From the NCBI GenBank assembly GCA_963841545.1, contig CAWJDE010000007.1:27764-91763 (forward strand): DNA of 64,000 nt, given 5' to 3'. The DNA comes from an uncultured Chloroflexia bacterium. GTDB taxonomy: Bacteria; Chloroflexota; Limnocylindria; Limnocylindrales; CSP1-4. Shown here piece after piece: positions 46,731 to 56,119 of this stretch; within the stretch, counting starts at the first letter, position 1; each line of letters begins with the position of its first letter. Position numbers and translations under genes: made by a program. The notes under the pieces were generated by a model. That model was not told where the DNA came from. It saw only the letters and a program-made list of their open reading frames with translations, and ran no database searches.

Positions 46731-48005
46731 CTAGCTCGACGGGCCCTCGTAATCGAGGTCGTCCGCCTCCACGTCGAGCGTTGCCAGCGGATCGTGACCC
46801 GTGACCGCGGCGTCGGGCAGCTCCGGCGCCGGCGCGCCTTCGGCGACGTAGGAGTCGATCGCCGCGCCGAGGCCGACGTCATGACCCGCCTGCTCGGACA
46901 GCAGCCACTTGTGCTCGAGGACGTCGCAGTAGGCCTGGACGAGGTCCCGGTCGGGACCCACCTGGCGGGCGATCCGCGCCTGCGTCGGGCGGTAGACCTC
47001 CCGCAGCCATCGGTCCGCGGCCTCCTCGGGACCGATCGGGCGACCCTCGGCATACTCGAGCCAGGCAGCGTACTCGCCCAGGTCATTGAGCAGGATCCGG
47101 GCCTGCCCTTCGAGCGTCCGCAACCGGGTCCGGCGCTCGAGCTCGTTGGCGTGGTAGCGGCGGGTGGTCACCGCGGTGTGGAGCCGGACCGACCCGAAGG
47201 GCGCGACCGGGTCGACCTCGAGGTCGACCGAGAAGCCGAGCTCGTTGAGGCGCCGCAGCCGGGCGCGGATCTCGAGCCGGTCGCCGGGGATGATGTCGGG
47301 CTGGCAGAACAGCTCGGTCCAGACCGCCTCGTACCGGGTCCGGACGGACTCGGCGGCGTCGATCGCCAGCTCCGTCTCATCGTCCCGGCCGAGGTAGGCG
47401 GCGAGGTCGGCCAGGCCGAACGCGACGTTCTCGACCAGGATGTCGAGGTCGTACCCGCGCTGGCCGTCCGACAGCGCCTCGTGCACCTCGCTCGTCTCGG
47501 CGTCCACGAGGTAGGCCTGGATCCGGTCGCCGTCGCGCCGGAACAGGGTGTTCGCGAGCGAGCAGTCACCCCAGTAGACGCCGGCTCGATGGAGATCGAC
47601 CAGGAGCAGCGCCATGGCGTCGAGCAGGCGGTCCCGGTAGGCGGGCCCGACGCGCAGCCGCATCAGCAGCCGTCGGTACTGCATCGAGTGGCGCAGGTAC
47701 TCGGTCATCAGGATCGCGTCGCCGCGATCGGGCCGCGCCGCGAGGCCCACGGCGCGCACGGCCGGAAGACCGGCATCCTCGAGGTGGCGGAGCACGCGGA
47801 ACTCGCGCTCGGCGGTGTCGTCGGGGAGCTCCTTGAGCGCGTACACGAGCCCGCCCGAGACGAGGAACCGGACCAGGTGCCGGGACGGCCCGACCGGCAG
47901 CTCGCGGAACCGGTGGCCGCCCGCATTCCACGACCCGAGCGGCTGCTCCCAGGGCAGGTCGAGCAGCCCTGCGACCTCGTCGCGCAGCACCAGCCGGGGG
48001 AACAT
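46731..48005 (-). CDS. DUF4032-like protein with a protein-kinase-like catalytic-loop signature
   Basis: I chose the start MFPRLVLRDE. It has an HRAGVYWGDCSLANTLF segment resembling an HxDxxxxN catalytic loop, and a long acidic C-terminus. Confidence 0.55.
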   Translation of the reverse strand: MFPRLVLRDEVAGLLDLPWEQPLGSWNAGGHRFRELPVGPSRHLVRFLVSGGLVYALKELPDDTAEREFRVLRHLEDAGLPAVRAVGLAARPDRGDAILMTEYLRHSMQYRRLLMRLRVGPAYRDRLLDAMALLLVDLHRAGVYWGDCSLANTLFRRDGDRIQAYLVDAETSEVHEALSDGQRGYDLDILVENVAFGLADLAAYLGRDDETELAIDAAESVRTRYEAVWTELFCQPDIIPGDRLEIRARLRRLNELGFSVDLEVDPVAPFGSVRLHTAVTTRRYHANELERRTRLRTLEGQARILLNDLGEYAAWLEYAEGRPIGPEEAADRWLREVYRPTQARIARQVGPDRDLVQAYCDVLEHKWLLSEQAGHDVGLGAAIDSYVAEGAPAPELPDAAVTGHDPLATLDVEADDLDYEGPSS

Positions 48006-48045
48006 CAACGCGGCCGCCGGGACATGCGGAGGGACGCCGTCGGGG

Positions 48046-48486
48046 TCAGGGTCGCTTGCGCAGGTAGGCGGTGATCCCGGCCTCGTAGCCCAGCGACTCG
48101 AACAGCTGTCGCGCCTCGGGGCGATGGTGGCCGGCGGTGACCTCGAGGAAGGCCACCCCCTCCTCGACCGCGACGCGCTCCACGTCGGCGAGCAGGAGGC
48201 GGGCGACCCCGCGCTCGCGCTCGCCCGGGTCGACGACGAGCGCGATGAGGCGGATGAACCGCTCGTCGGTCTCGAAGCGCGGGATGACGTGGAAGGCGAC
48301 GAACCCGACCACCGCGTCGGCCACCTCCGCGACCAGCACGCGGGACCCGGGCGACGAGAACCGTGCGATCCGGGCGGTGAGATCGCTCGCACCGGCCGGA
48401 TACCCCTCGTCGGTCAGCAGGGTGGCGAGCCGCTCGGCGTCGTCTGCGCCGGCCGGGCGGATCGTGACGGCAGCGACGTCGTTCAT
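48046..48486 (-). CDS. GNAT-family N-acetyltransferase
   Basis: Acetyl-CoA-binding motif A is present (LVVDPGERERGVARLLL). Confidence 0.8.
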   Translation of the reverse strand: MNDVAAVTIRPAGADDAERLATLLTDEGYPAGASDLTARIARFSSPGSRVLVAEVADAVVGFVAFHVIPRFETDERFIRLIALVVDPGERERGVARLLLADVERVAVEEGVAFLEVTAGHHRPEARQLFESLGYEAGITAYLRKRP

Positions 48487-49280
48487 GGGTTGATGGTACC
48501 GCCAGGGGTCGACCCGGATCCAAGCGACGGAGCATCGACGACGATGATCTGCGGGGCGGTGATCGCGTCCAGACCGGCCTCCCGGCCGGAGACGCGGACC
48601 GACGGTCCCAGCGGGCCGCGTCGGCGCGGGCTAACCGTCACACCGCGCGACCTGGCCGCCGCGACCCAGGCGTCGAGGCCCGCCGTCGCGCGCAGGTAGA
48701 TCGCGAACGGACCCTCCCCGTGACGGGCGAGCGAGGCCGCGACCGCCCCCTCGGTCGAGGGCTCGGCCAGCACCACGACCTCACCGGGCAGCCCGCTGCT
48801 CCCCAGGACCCGGGTCAGCGCGCCCAGGTGCGGGTCCGTCGGCGGCAGCCCGTGCGGGGCCTGATCGGTCCCGGGTTCCGCCGACCCGTCGCCGGCCGCC
48901 CGGGGCTGCGGCGGCATGAGCCACGCGGCAAGCTCCGAGGCCGCCCGATCCAGCTCGACCGTGGCCCACGCGATCCCCGCGAGCGCGAGCGGTCCGCCGG
49001 TGTCGGGCTCCCGTCCGGGCACGTTCGCGATCGGGTCCCGGCGATCCGGGATCCCGCCGGGGATCGGTTCGAGCACCAGGCGGCCGCCCGCCTGCGGCCG
49101 GTCACCGGGCCCTTCCGGATGCCACGGCACGAGCTCCAGGTCGGCGTCGCCGAGCCGGATCGCGAACCCGGCAGGCGGCCCCGCGAGCCGGGACGGCGTC
49201 AGGTCCAGGCGCCGGCCGAGGTCGGCGGCCAGCGTCCCCGGATCGGCTGCCTGCCAGGTCAGCCGGGCCCAGCGTGTCAC
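48483..49280 (-). CDS. hypothetical protein
   Basis: A 265-aa ORF that overlaps the downstream GNAT start by 4 nt and the upstream GNAT stop. No motif was recognised. Confidence 0.4.
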   Translation of the reverse strand: MTRWARLTWQAADPGTLAADLGRRLDLTPSRLAGPPAGFAIRLGDADLELVPWHPEGPGDRPQAGGRLVLEPIPGGIPDRRDPIANVPGREPDTGGPLALAGIAWATVELDRAASELAAWLMPPQPRAAGDGSAEPGTDQAPHGLPPTDPHLGALTRVLGSSGLPGEVVVLAEPSTEGAVAASLARHGEGPFAIYLRATAGLDAWVAAARSRGVTVSPRRRGPLGPSVRVSGREAGLDAITAPQIIVVDAPSLGSGSTPGGTINP

Positions 49281-50107
49281 TCGAGCAGCATGTCCGGCGA
49301 CTCGCCGACCGACGCGAACCCCAGCCGGCCGTACAGCCGCTGCGCACCCTCGTTGCCGCTGAACACGCCGAGGTACGTGAGCCGCCGGTCATCACCCGCG
49401 TCGGCCGCGACCGCGTGCCGGGTCACCAGGGATCCGAGGCCGCGGCCGCGGAACGCGGGCCGGGTACCGATCGACGAGAGGTAGGTGAGCCCGTCGAAGG
49501 TGGTTGCCTTGGCCACGGCGGCCGGCTCGTCGTCGATGCGGGCGATCACGAGGGTCACGCGTGGGTCGTCGAGCGTCCGGTCGAGGTCGCCGGCCAGCTC
49601 GGCCTCGCGACCCGGCGCCGCACCGAACAATTCGGCCAGCACCCGGGCCACCTCGACCGTATCGCCCGGGCAGGCGTCGGCGGCGCGCCGGATCGCTGTC
49701 AGGGTCAGGCCGCCGACGAGCTCGGAGGTCCGCACGGGCGGACACGACTCCGGCCGGTCGAGCACCATGACGTGGCCCCCGCCGATGTCGCAGAAGCCGT
49801 TGCGCACCAGGCGCGCCACGAGGTCCGGGGGCCGGGAGTGGTCGGGTGACGGCCACAGGTGCGGCTGCCGGCCGTGCATCGTGAACAGCGCGATCGCCTC
49901 GGTCAGGCGATGGTCGAAGGCCGTCGCGTCGAGCGGCCAGCGGATGCTCGCCATCCGGTTCCAGAACGGATCGGAATCGCGTTCGTCGAGCAGCACGAGC
50001 GAGTCGCCGAGGTCACGGACGTCGCGATGCGGGATGGCGTGGGCGAACGTCTCGTGCCGCTCCAGCGCGCGGATCGTCGTGTCATCGACACGGATCGAGC
50101 GGATCAC
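49277..50107 (-). CDS. GNAT-family acetyltransferase, two-lobed
   Basis: The C-terminal half carries the R/Q-x-x-G-x-G/A motif (FRGRGLGSLV). Confidence 0.7.
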   Translation of the reverse strand: MIRSIRVDDTTIRALERHETFAHAIPHRDVRDLGDSLVLLDERDSDPFWNRMASIRWPLDATAFDHRLTEAIALFTMHGRQPHLWPSPDHSRPPDLVARLVRNGFCDIGGGHVMVLDRPESCPPVRTSELVGGLTLTAIRRAADACPGDTVEVARVLAELFGAAPGREAELAGDLDRTLDDPRVTLVIARIDDEPAAVAKATTFDGLTYLSSIGTRPAFRGRGLGSLVTRHAVAADAGDDRRLTYLGVFSGNEGAQRLYGRLGFASVGESPDMLLE

Positions 50108-50232
50108 GAGCCCACGATATCGAGCCCGGCCAGCATGACCCGGCTGGCGAGACCGCGAGCGAGCCGCCGGACGGACACGAGCGCGGCGGGATGGCGGTGG
50201 GATGGCGGCGGGGCGGCGGTCAGGGGCGGCGG

Positions 50233-51243
50233 TCAGGGGCGGCGGGCCACCATCGCCGTCGCTCCGGACGGCAGCTCCACCAGCTCCGGCGGGGGCAGGC
50301 CGGCGGCCGCGAACCAGCCGAGCGCCTCCCCACGGGTCACCAGCCGCGTTCCCTGGAGCATCTCGTCGAGCTGGATGCCGGCAACCAGCTCTGCGAGGCG
50401 GGTGCGCAGGTCCTCGGGGTCGCTGGGCACGTACCAGTCGAGCACGATCAGCCAGCCCCCGGGGCGCACGGCGGCCCAGGCCGAGCGGAGCGCGGCGACC
50501 GCCTCGGGCAGCAGGTGGAGCGCGTGCTGGAAGTAGGCGAGGTCCATCTCGCCCGCGTGGCCGACGGCCGTGACGTCGCCGCGCTCGATGGCGATCCGAT
50601 CCGACAGCCCGGCGGTCGTGACGTTCGCGCGCGCGCGTTCGAAGGAGTCGGGCTCGAACTCAACGCCGATTAGCGTCGTCCCCGGGAAGCGGCGCGCCAT
50701 CGCGATCAGCCAGCGGCCGCCGCCGCAGTGGACGTCGAGGATCCGCGTCCCCGGGCGGAGGTCCACGACCAGCTGGGGCAGCGCCGCCAGGACCTCCTGG
50801 AAGAACACCCCGATGTCCTGGATCGTGAGCCGCTCGATGGCGACCCGGTAGCGGTCCGGCCGGCGGGTGAGGGCGTGCCCGGTCCGCATGACCTCCAGGA
50901 GATCGCCGAAGTCCATGCTCCCGATGGCCGCATGCAGGTATTGACCACCGAGGTACTCGGCCCGATCGGCGTCGAGCAGGATCGCGGCGACCTCGTCGAG
51001 CGCCGCGACGCGGTCGCCGGTCAGCTCCACGAGGTCGTGGGCATCCGCGCCCCATGCCCAGCGGGCCACGAGATCCGGCCTCGCTCCGGCGCGCTGGGCC
51101 AGCTCGTCGATCGTGAGCCCTGCGTCTCCCGCGTCGCGGAGCAGGGCCAGCAGGCCGAGCTCGAGCCCGGCATAGACGTACCAGGTGCGATAGAAGCCGC
51201 CGAGGCTGATCACGAGGTCGTCGAACCGCTCGTCGAGCCGCAT
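50233..51243 (-). CDS. class I SAM-dependent methyltransferase with an N-terminal winged-helix/dimerisation domain (O-methyltransferase-like)
   Basis: I chose the start MRLDERFDD. The SAM motif I is ILDVHCGGG. Confidence 0.75.
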   Translation of the reverse strand: MRLDERFDDLVISLGGFYRTWYVYAGLELGLLALLRDAGDAGLTIDELAQRAGARPDLVARWAWGADAHDLVELTGDRVAALDEVAAILLDADRAEYLGGQYLHAAIGSMDFGDLLEVMRTGHALTRRPDRYRVAIERLTIQDIGVFFQEVLAALPQLVVDLRPGTRILDVHCGGGRWLIAMARRFPGTTLIGVEFEPDSFERARANVTTAGLSDRIAIERGDVTAVGHAGEMDLAYFQHALHLLPEAVAALRSAWAAVRPGGWLIVLDWYVPSDPEDLRTRLAELVAGIQLDEMLQGTRLVTRGEALGWFAAAGLPPPELVELPSGATAMVARRP

Positions 51244-51400
51244 GGCCGGATTGTGACATGCGATCCACGAGCACCGGGGTGTCGCTGTTGCCTCGTATCG
51301 GCGATGGCCGGCGTCCTCCGGGTGCGGCACGATGGGACGCGACGACGGTCCCGCACCGGGCCATGCAACCGGTCGGGCCAACGCCGTGTTTCAGGGATTG

Positions 51401-51979
51401 ATGGACGACACGCCGCTGCTCGACGATCTCGCCCGCGATCTCGACGGGTCGTTCGAGGTCCTGGTTCGCTCGCACGTCGATCGTTGCTACGCGATCGCGC
51501 TGCGGGTCCTGGGCAACTCGCACGACGCGGAGGAGGTCGCCCAGGACGCCCTGATCCGCGCCTACCGCGCCATGGCCGGATATCCGCCCGCCCGGATCCG
51601 GGACCTGCGACTCCGGCCCTGGCTGGCCACGATCGTGGTCAACCTGTGCCGCAACCGCACCCGGCGCCGGGTGCCCGCGGCCACCTCGCTGGAACCCCTC
51701 GTCGAGCGCGGCCGCGAGCCCGCCGCCGGTGATGCCACCGACCCGGCGGGCGCCGCCGTCCGCGCGGCCGGACGGGACCAGCTTGCCGCCCTCCTGACCG
51801 GCCTCCCGGATCGCTACCGGATCCCCGTCATCCTCCGCCACGTCGATGACCTCTCGTACGCCGAGCTGGCCGAGGTGCTGGGCCGGCCCGAGGGGACCGT
51901 CAAGGCACAGGTGTCCCGTGGGCTCGCCCTGCTCCGGGCGGCCGCCGCCGGCACCGAGCTCGAGGAGCTGATCGCATGA
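51401..51979 (+). CDS. ECF-type RNA polymerase sigma-70 family factor
   Basis: Region 2 (HDAEEVAQDALIRAYRA) and region 4 (LSYAELAEVLGRPEGTVKAQVSRG). The track ORF opens at 51332, but I chose the M at 51401. Confidence 0.75.
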   Translation: MDDTPLLDDLARDLDGSFEVLVRSHVDRCYAIALRVLGNSHDAEEVAQDALIRAYRAMAGYPPARIRDLRLRPWLATIVVNLCRNRTRRRVPAATSLEPLVERGREPAAGDATDPAGAAVRAAGRDQLAALLTGLPDRYRIPVILRHVDDLSYAELAEVLGRPEGTVKAQVSRGLALLRAAAAGTELEELIA

Positions 51980-52797
51980 CCCGAACCGCACTCCCCCTCC
52001 CGGCCGACGATGCGCCGGGCAGGCTCGCTTCGCTCGCGGCGCACGCACCGGCCCACGTGGCCGAGGACGTGCTCGTGGAGCTCGGGCTGGCCGACCGCAT
52101 GGCGCCCATCGAGTCCCCGCTGGGAACCCTGTGGGTCGCGTGGAACGGCCGCGGCGTCGCCGAGGTCGAGCAGGCCGCCGACGGCGCGGCGGCGGCTGCC
52201 CGGCACCAGGCCCGAACCGGCAGGCGGACGACGACCGCGCAGGCACTCCCCCATGCGCTGGCCGATGCCATCGCGCGGCGCCTCGCCGGGGAGCGGCGGG
52301 TGCGCATCCCGCTCGACCTGCGCGGCCGCACCGAGTTCGAGGTCGCGGTCTGGACCAAGGCGCTCGAGATCCCCCATGGCGAGGTCCGACCGTACGGGTG
52401 GGTCGCCGCGGAGATCGGCCGCCCGAAGGCCGTCCGTGCCGTCGGGACCGCGCTCGGGCACAACCCGATCCCGCTCATCGTCCCGTGCCACCGCGTCGTG
52501 CGCAGCGATGGCATGCTCGGGCAGTACAGCCTCGGTGGCCCGCACAACAAGCGCGCGATCCTCGCCGCGGAGGGGCTCGATCCGGAGGGGCTCGAGGCGG
52601 CGGCCCACCGCGGCGAGCGGCTGGCCGGCTCACGAACCACCCGGATCGTCTGCTGGCCGACCTGCCGCCACGCCCGCCGGGTGCAGGATCGCTACCGGGT
52701 GTCGTTCCGCTCTCTGGGCGATGCCCGCCGGGCGGGCTACCGACCGTGCAAGATCTGCCGCCCCGCAGCCCTCGGCGCGACGGACATCGGCGCCTGA
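51976..52797 (+). CDS. methylated-DNA-protein-cysteine methyltransferase (MGMT/Ogt) fused to a C-terminal Ada-type zinc-binding domain
   Basis: An active-site PCHRVV, and a C-terminal CWPTC...YRPCKICRP that resembles the Ada N-terminal Cys4 Zn site. It overlaps the sigma-factor stop by ATGA. Confidence 0.8.
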   Translation: MTRTALPLPADDAPGRLASLAAHAPAHVAEDVLVELGLADRMAPIESPLGTLWVAWNGRGVAEVEQAADGAAAAARHQARTGRRTTTAQALPHALADAIARRLAGERRVRIPLDLRGRTEFEVAVWTKALEIPHGEVRPYGWVAAEIGRPKAVRAVGTALGHNPIPLIVPCHRVVRSDGMLGQYSLGGPHNKRAILAAEGLDPEGLEAAAHRGERLAGSRTTRIVCWPTCRHARRVQDRYRVSFRSLGDARRAGYRPCKICRPAALGATDIGA

Positions 52798-52943
52798 CGG
52801 CGCTGACGCCGCGGCGTCAGCTGCCGGGTCGCCGGGAAACATGAACCGCCCCCGTCGGTCCGGGCCCCGATGGGGTCCGATCTCCGGCGGGAGCGGTCAA
52901 CCTGGATCGAGTCTGGCGCGGCCTTGGCTAGGCGCGGCCTTGG

Positions 52944-53660
52944 CTAGGCGCGCCGGTGGCGCCGGCGGCGTGCGGGCGTCGTGATCGCGAGGCATGCGCC
53001 GCCGATCAGGAGCAGCACGAGGCCGTAGCCGCTGCCGGGGTTGTCCTGGCTGCCGCCGCTGATGCCATCCGTGGGCGGCGGGGTCAGGCGGGGCGTGCCG
53101 GTCGCGGCCTCGACGCTGCCGCTCGGCGTGGGCGTGGGGGTGGGCGTGACCTCCGGGGTCGGGGTGGGCGTGACCTCAGGGGTGGGCGTGGGCGTCGGCT
53201 CCGGGGTCGGGGTGGGCGTGACCTCAGGGGTCGGCGTGGGCGTCGGCTCCGGGGTCGGGGTGGGCGTGGGCGCCGCGCAGGCGTCAAGCGTCAGGTTGAA
53301 CGTCTTGGACCATCCGTGGGAGCCGGTCGGGTCGTCCCACGCCGTCACGACCACCGTCGCCGTGTGCGCGGCCGTGTCCGGGAGGACGGACCACGACCTC
53401 GAGAACGTGGAGCCGAAGGAGAACGGCGAGCCGGCCACAGCCGTGCCGTCGATCGCGACGGCGACCGAGTTGTGGTGCGAGCTGTCGTAGTAGGTCAGAT
53501 GGACGGTGAGTCCCGTGTCGCAGGTGAGCGTCGCCTGGGGCGTGTGCCCGAGCGCCGTGCCCGCGAACAGGAACAAGGTGACGAGTGCGGCCGTGACGGC
53601 GGCCAACGACTTCCCCGGCCGATGGCGGACCCCGCGGCCGAGATCAAATCCCCGAGACAT
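52944..53660 (-). CDS. secreted surface protein with a (PTPTPEx) repeat linker and a C-terminal TM anchor plus Arg-rich tail
   Basis: A signal peptide, a roughly 110-aa folded domain, repeats [20 protein letters not shown]..., then a hydrophobic stretch and RRRRHRRA. Confidence 0.6.
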   Translation of the reverse strand: MSRGFDLGRGVRHRPGKSLAAVTAALVTLFLFAGTALGHTPQATLTCDTGLTVHLTYYDSSHHNSVAVAIDGTAVAGSPFSFGSTFSRSWSVLPDTAAHTATVVVTAWDDPTGSHGWSKTFNLTLDACAAPTPTPTPEPTPTPTPEVTPTPTPEPTPTPTPEVTPTPTPEVTPTPTPTPSGSVEAATGTPRLTPPPTDGISGGSQDNPGSGYGLVLLLIGGACLAITTPARRRRHRRA

Positions 53661-53897
53661 GTCTCTCGCGCCTCCGTGAGCGATACCTGGTGGGCCTACA
53701 AGCGAGGTAGGGCGGGATGCACCGGCAGTGCCTGGTTGCCATCAGTGCCATCCGATCGTACTGACGGGTCCCCCCCGCGGGTACTGGTCACAACCGGACA
53801 AGAACGCATCGGACGGCATTCGAGCGCCGTGGGAATCGCGGTGCCGGTGCACGCGAACACCGCCGGGGGCAGTACGAAGGTCACCCGAGGTTCGGGG

Positions 53898-56021
53898 TCA
53901 GCCCGCGGCGGCCTCCGCCAGCACCGTTCGGGCGACCCGGCGCGCCCAGATCATCGTCGTGATCATGGGGTTCACGCCCAACGCCGTCGGGAACAGCGAG
54001 GCGTCGCCGACGTAGAGGTCGCGGACGGTCCGGTCCGAGCCACGCCGGGCCTGCGGCGTCCGGACCCTGCCCCACGGATCGCACGGATGCGCGGTCGGAT
54101 CCCCTCCGGCCCGGACCGAGCCCATCTGGTGGGCCGACACCACGGTGCCTCGGTTGGGCGCGAAGTCGAACTGGCCGAGGCGGGCCTCGAACGCCGCGAA
54201 CGCGGCGGCATCTCCGTCCCCGCCCGTCGCTCGCAGCCACGCGGACGGCGTCCCGACGGCCAGGAGCTCGCGCGATCCGCCGGCCCAGGCGATCCGGGCA
54301 CACGCGGCGAGCGCGCGCTGCAGCGTCCGCCGGTCCGCCGCCGAGACCGCGTAGTCGATCCGCGGGCGACCGGCCCGCGACAACCGCACCCGGCCGGATC
54401 CCTCATCGGCGACGATCCCGATCAGGGGCGCCACCCGCCGGACGCCGCCCATGAGGCGCGCGAACCCCTCGCGACCCTCCCAGTCGAACACGAGCGCGAT
54501 CAGCCCGGGCGTGCCGGGCGCGGACTCGACGATGAACCCGCCCTCCCGGCCGGCGGGCGTCGCCGGCGACTCGAGACCCGTGAGCACCCCCATCGCCTGG
54601 GCGGTCCCGTGCCACATCAGGACGTCGTCGTCGAGGAACGCGGCAAGCACCGTCACCGGGTGGAGCCGCAGGTGGCGGCCGGTGGCCCGGTGGTCGAGCC
54701 CCGACCGAAGCAGCACCACCGGCGACCGGAGGGCTCCGGCGGCGACGACCACCTGGCGAGCGTGAACGACCAGGCGGCGGGGCACGCCGCCGAGCGTCAC
54801 CGTTGCGTCCACCCCGGTCGCCCGGCCGCCCTCGATCCGAACCCGGTCCACCGGCGCGTCGGCGACGATGCGCGCGCCATGGCGCCAGGCGTCGGCGAGG
54901 TGCACCCGGAGCCCCGACTGCTTGGCGCCCCGCCGGCAGCCGAACCCGCATCGTCCGCAGTCTCCGCAGCCGACCCCGTTCCGGCGCGTCTCCGCCGCCT
55001 CCAGCCCGAGCGACGCTGCGCCCCGCCGGATCAGCTCGTCCTTGGGCGGGACGTCGGGTGCCGGTCCGACCGCCAGCTCGGCCTCGATCGCCGCCCGGTC
55101 CGTGTCGACCTGCGGCCCGTCGAACCCCTCGACGCCGTGATCGATCGCCCATCGCCGGCGCACCGGCGCCGGCGGCGCGATGCAGGTCATCCAGTTCACC
55201 GTCGTGCCGCCGCCGACCGCGCCGCCCGCGAGGGTCATGATCGACGCGTCCCAGGACACGTTGAAGCCGTGGTTGAGGTACAGCCGGTCGAAGGCGGCCA
55301 GCTCGTCGGTGGGCATCGCCGGCTCGGCCACGAAGGGCCCGGCCTCGAGCACCACCACGTCGCGCCCGGCGCGTGCGAGCTCGGCAGCGATCACGCCCCC
55401 GCCGGCCCCCGACCCGACCACGACGACGTCCGTCTCGAGCACGATCGTGTCGCCGGCGGTCGCGCCGGCCGTGCCCGTCGCGGCACCGGCGTCGGGCCGG
55501 GTCGCCGGCTGGCCGACGGCGAACGCGTGGATGGGGGTCGGATCGGTGGCGACCGGCTCGGGTCGATGACGGTAGCCCGTCGCCGCGAGCTGCGGGTTCT
55601 CGCCCCGCTCGCCCGGATCCGCGTAGGCGAGGAAGGCGAGCAGTCGCTTGAGGCCCTGGTAGGCCGTGCGGCGCAGCGGCACCGCGGACCTGGCCCATCG
55701 CCGCAGGTAGCGCTCGCGGCCGGCCTGGTCGAGGTCCGAGAAGCGCACCGGCCGGCCGCAGAGCAGCAGGTTCGCGAGCCGTGACTCGAACACCCGGAGC
55801 ACCAGCCGGAGCTGGGCGACCTGGGCCGGGTCGGCCGCGAGGTCGAGGGAAGCGGCGGTCAGCCGCGCACGGCGCTCATGGTCGCCATCGATCAGGGTCT
55901 CGGACAGGCGAGCCAGCGTGGCGAGGGCCCCGGGCGACCAGCCCGCCGGCTCGGGCGTGGGCGGGCCCGCCGGGGCGGCGGGGTCCACGGCCGGCAGGAC
56001 GATGGCGTCGTCGTGGGTCAC
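53898..56021 (-). CDS. GMC-family FAD-dependent oxidoreductase (fatty-alcohol or sterol oxidase-like)
   Basis: I chose a GTG start inside the 1111-aa track ORF. It has an FAD GxGxxG motif (VVVGSGAGGGVIAAELA) and a GMC C-terminal signature (HQMGSVRAG...VGDASLFPTALGVNP). Confidence 0.8.
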   Translation of the reverse strand: MTHDDAIVLPAVDPAAPAGPPTPEPAGWSPGALATLARLSETLIDGDHERRARLTAASLDLAADPAQVAQLRLVLRVFESRLANLLLCGRPVRFSDLDQAGRERYLRRWARSAVPLRRTAYQGLKRLLAFLAYADPGERGENPQLAATGYRHRPEPVATDPTPIHAFAVGQPATRPDAGAATGTAGATAGDTIVLETDVVVVGSGAGGGVIAAELARAGRDVVVLEAGPFVAEPAMPTDELAAFDRLYLNHGFNVSWDASIMTLAGGAVGGGTTVNWMTCIAPPAPVRRRWAIDHGVEGFDGPQVDTDRAAIEAELAVGPAPDVPPKDELIRRGAASLGLEAAETRRNGVGCGDCGRCGFGCRRGAKQSGLRVHLADAWRHGARIVADAPVDRVRIEGGRATGVDATVTLGGVPRRLVVHARQVVVAAGALRSPVVLLRSGLDHRATGRHLRLHPVTVLAAFLDDDVLMWHGTAQAMGVLTGLESPATPAGREGGFIVESAPGTPGLIALVFDWEGREGFARLMGGVRRVAPLIGIVADEGSGRVRLSRAGRPRIDYAVSAADRRTLQRALAACARIAWAGGSRELLAVGTPSAWLRATGGDGDAAAFAAFEARLGQFDFAPNRGTVVSAHQMGSVRAGGDPTAHPCDPWGRVRTPQARRGSDRTVRDLYVGDASLFPTALGVNPMITTMIWARRVARTVLAEAAAG

Positions 56022-56119
56022 CGCGGGCGGGCCGGTGGGGAGGCGGGCGCGGGCAACCCCCTGATGGTGTCGGCGGGGCGTCGGGCGGCCATCGCCCGGG
56101 ATGATACGGCCCGCTCCGG

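Noticed and set aside
52944-53660. Sortase (LPXTG / LAXTG) anchoring of the PT-repeat surface protein
   Set aside because: No LPXTG is present. The nearest candidate (EAATG) lies about 25 residues before the hydrophobic segment, too far for a sorting signal. I call it a C-terminal TM anchor instead.
52956-55784. 942-aa plus-strand ORF
   Set aside because: It is antisense to the surface protein and GMC oxidoreductase, and its product is Arg/Gly-rich with no motifs.
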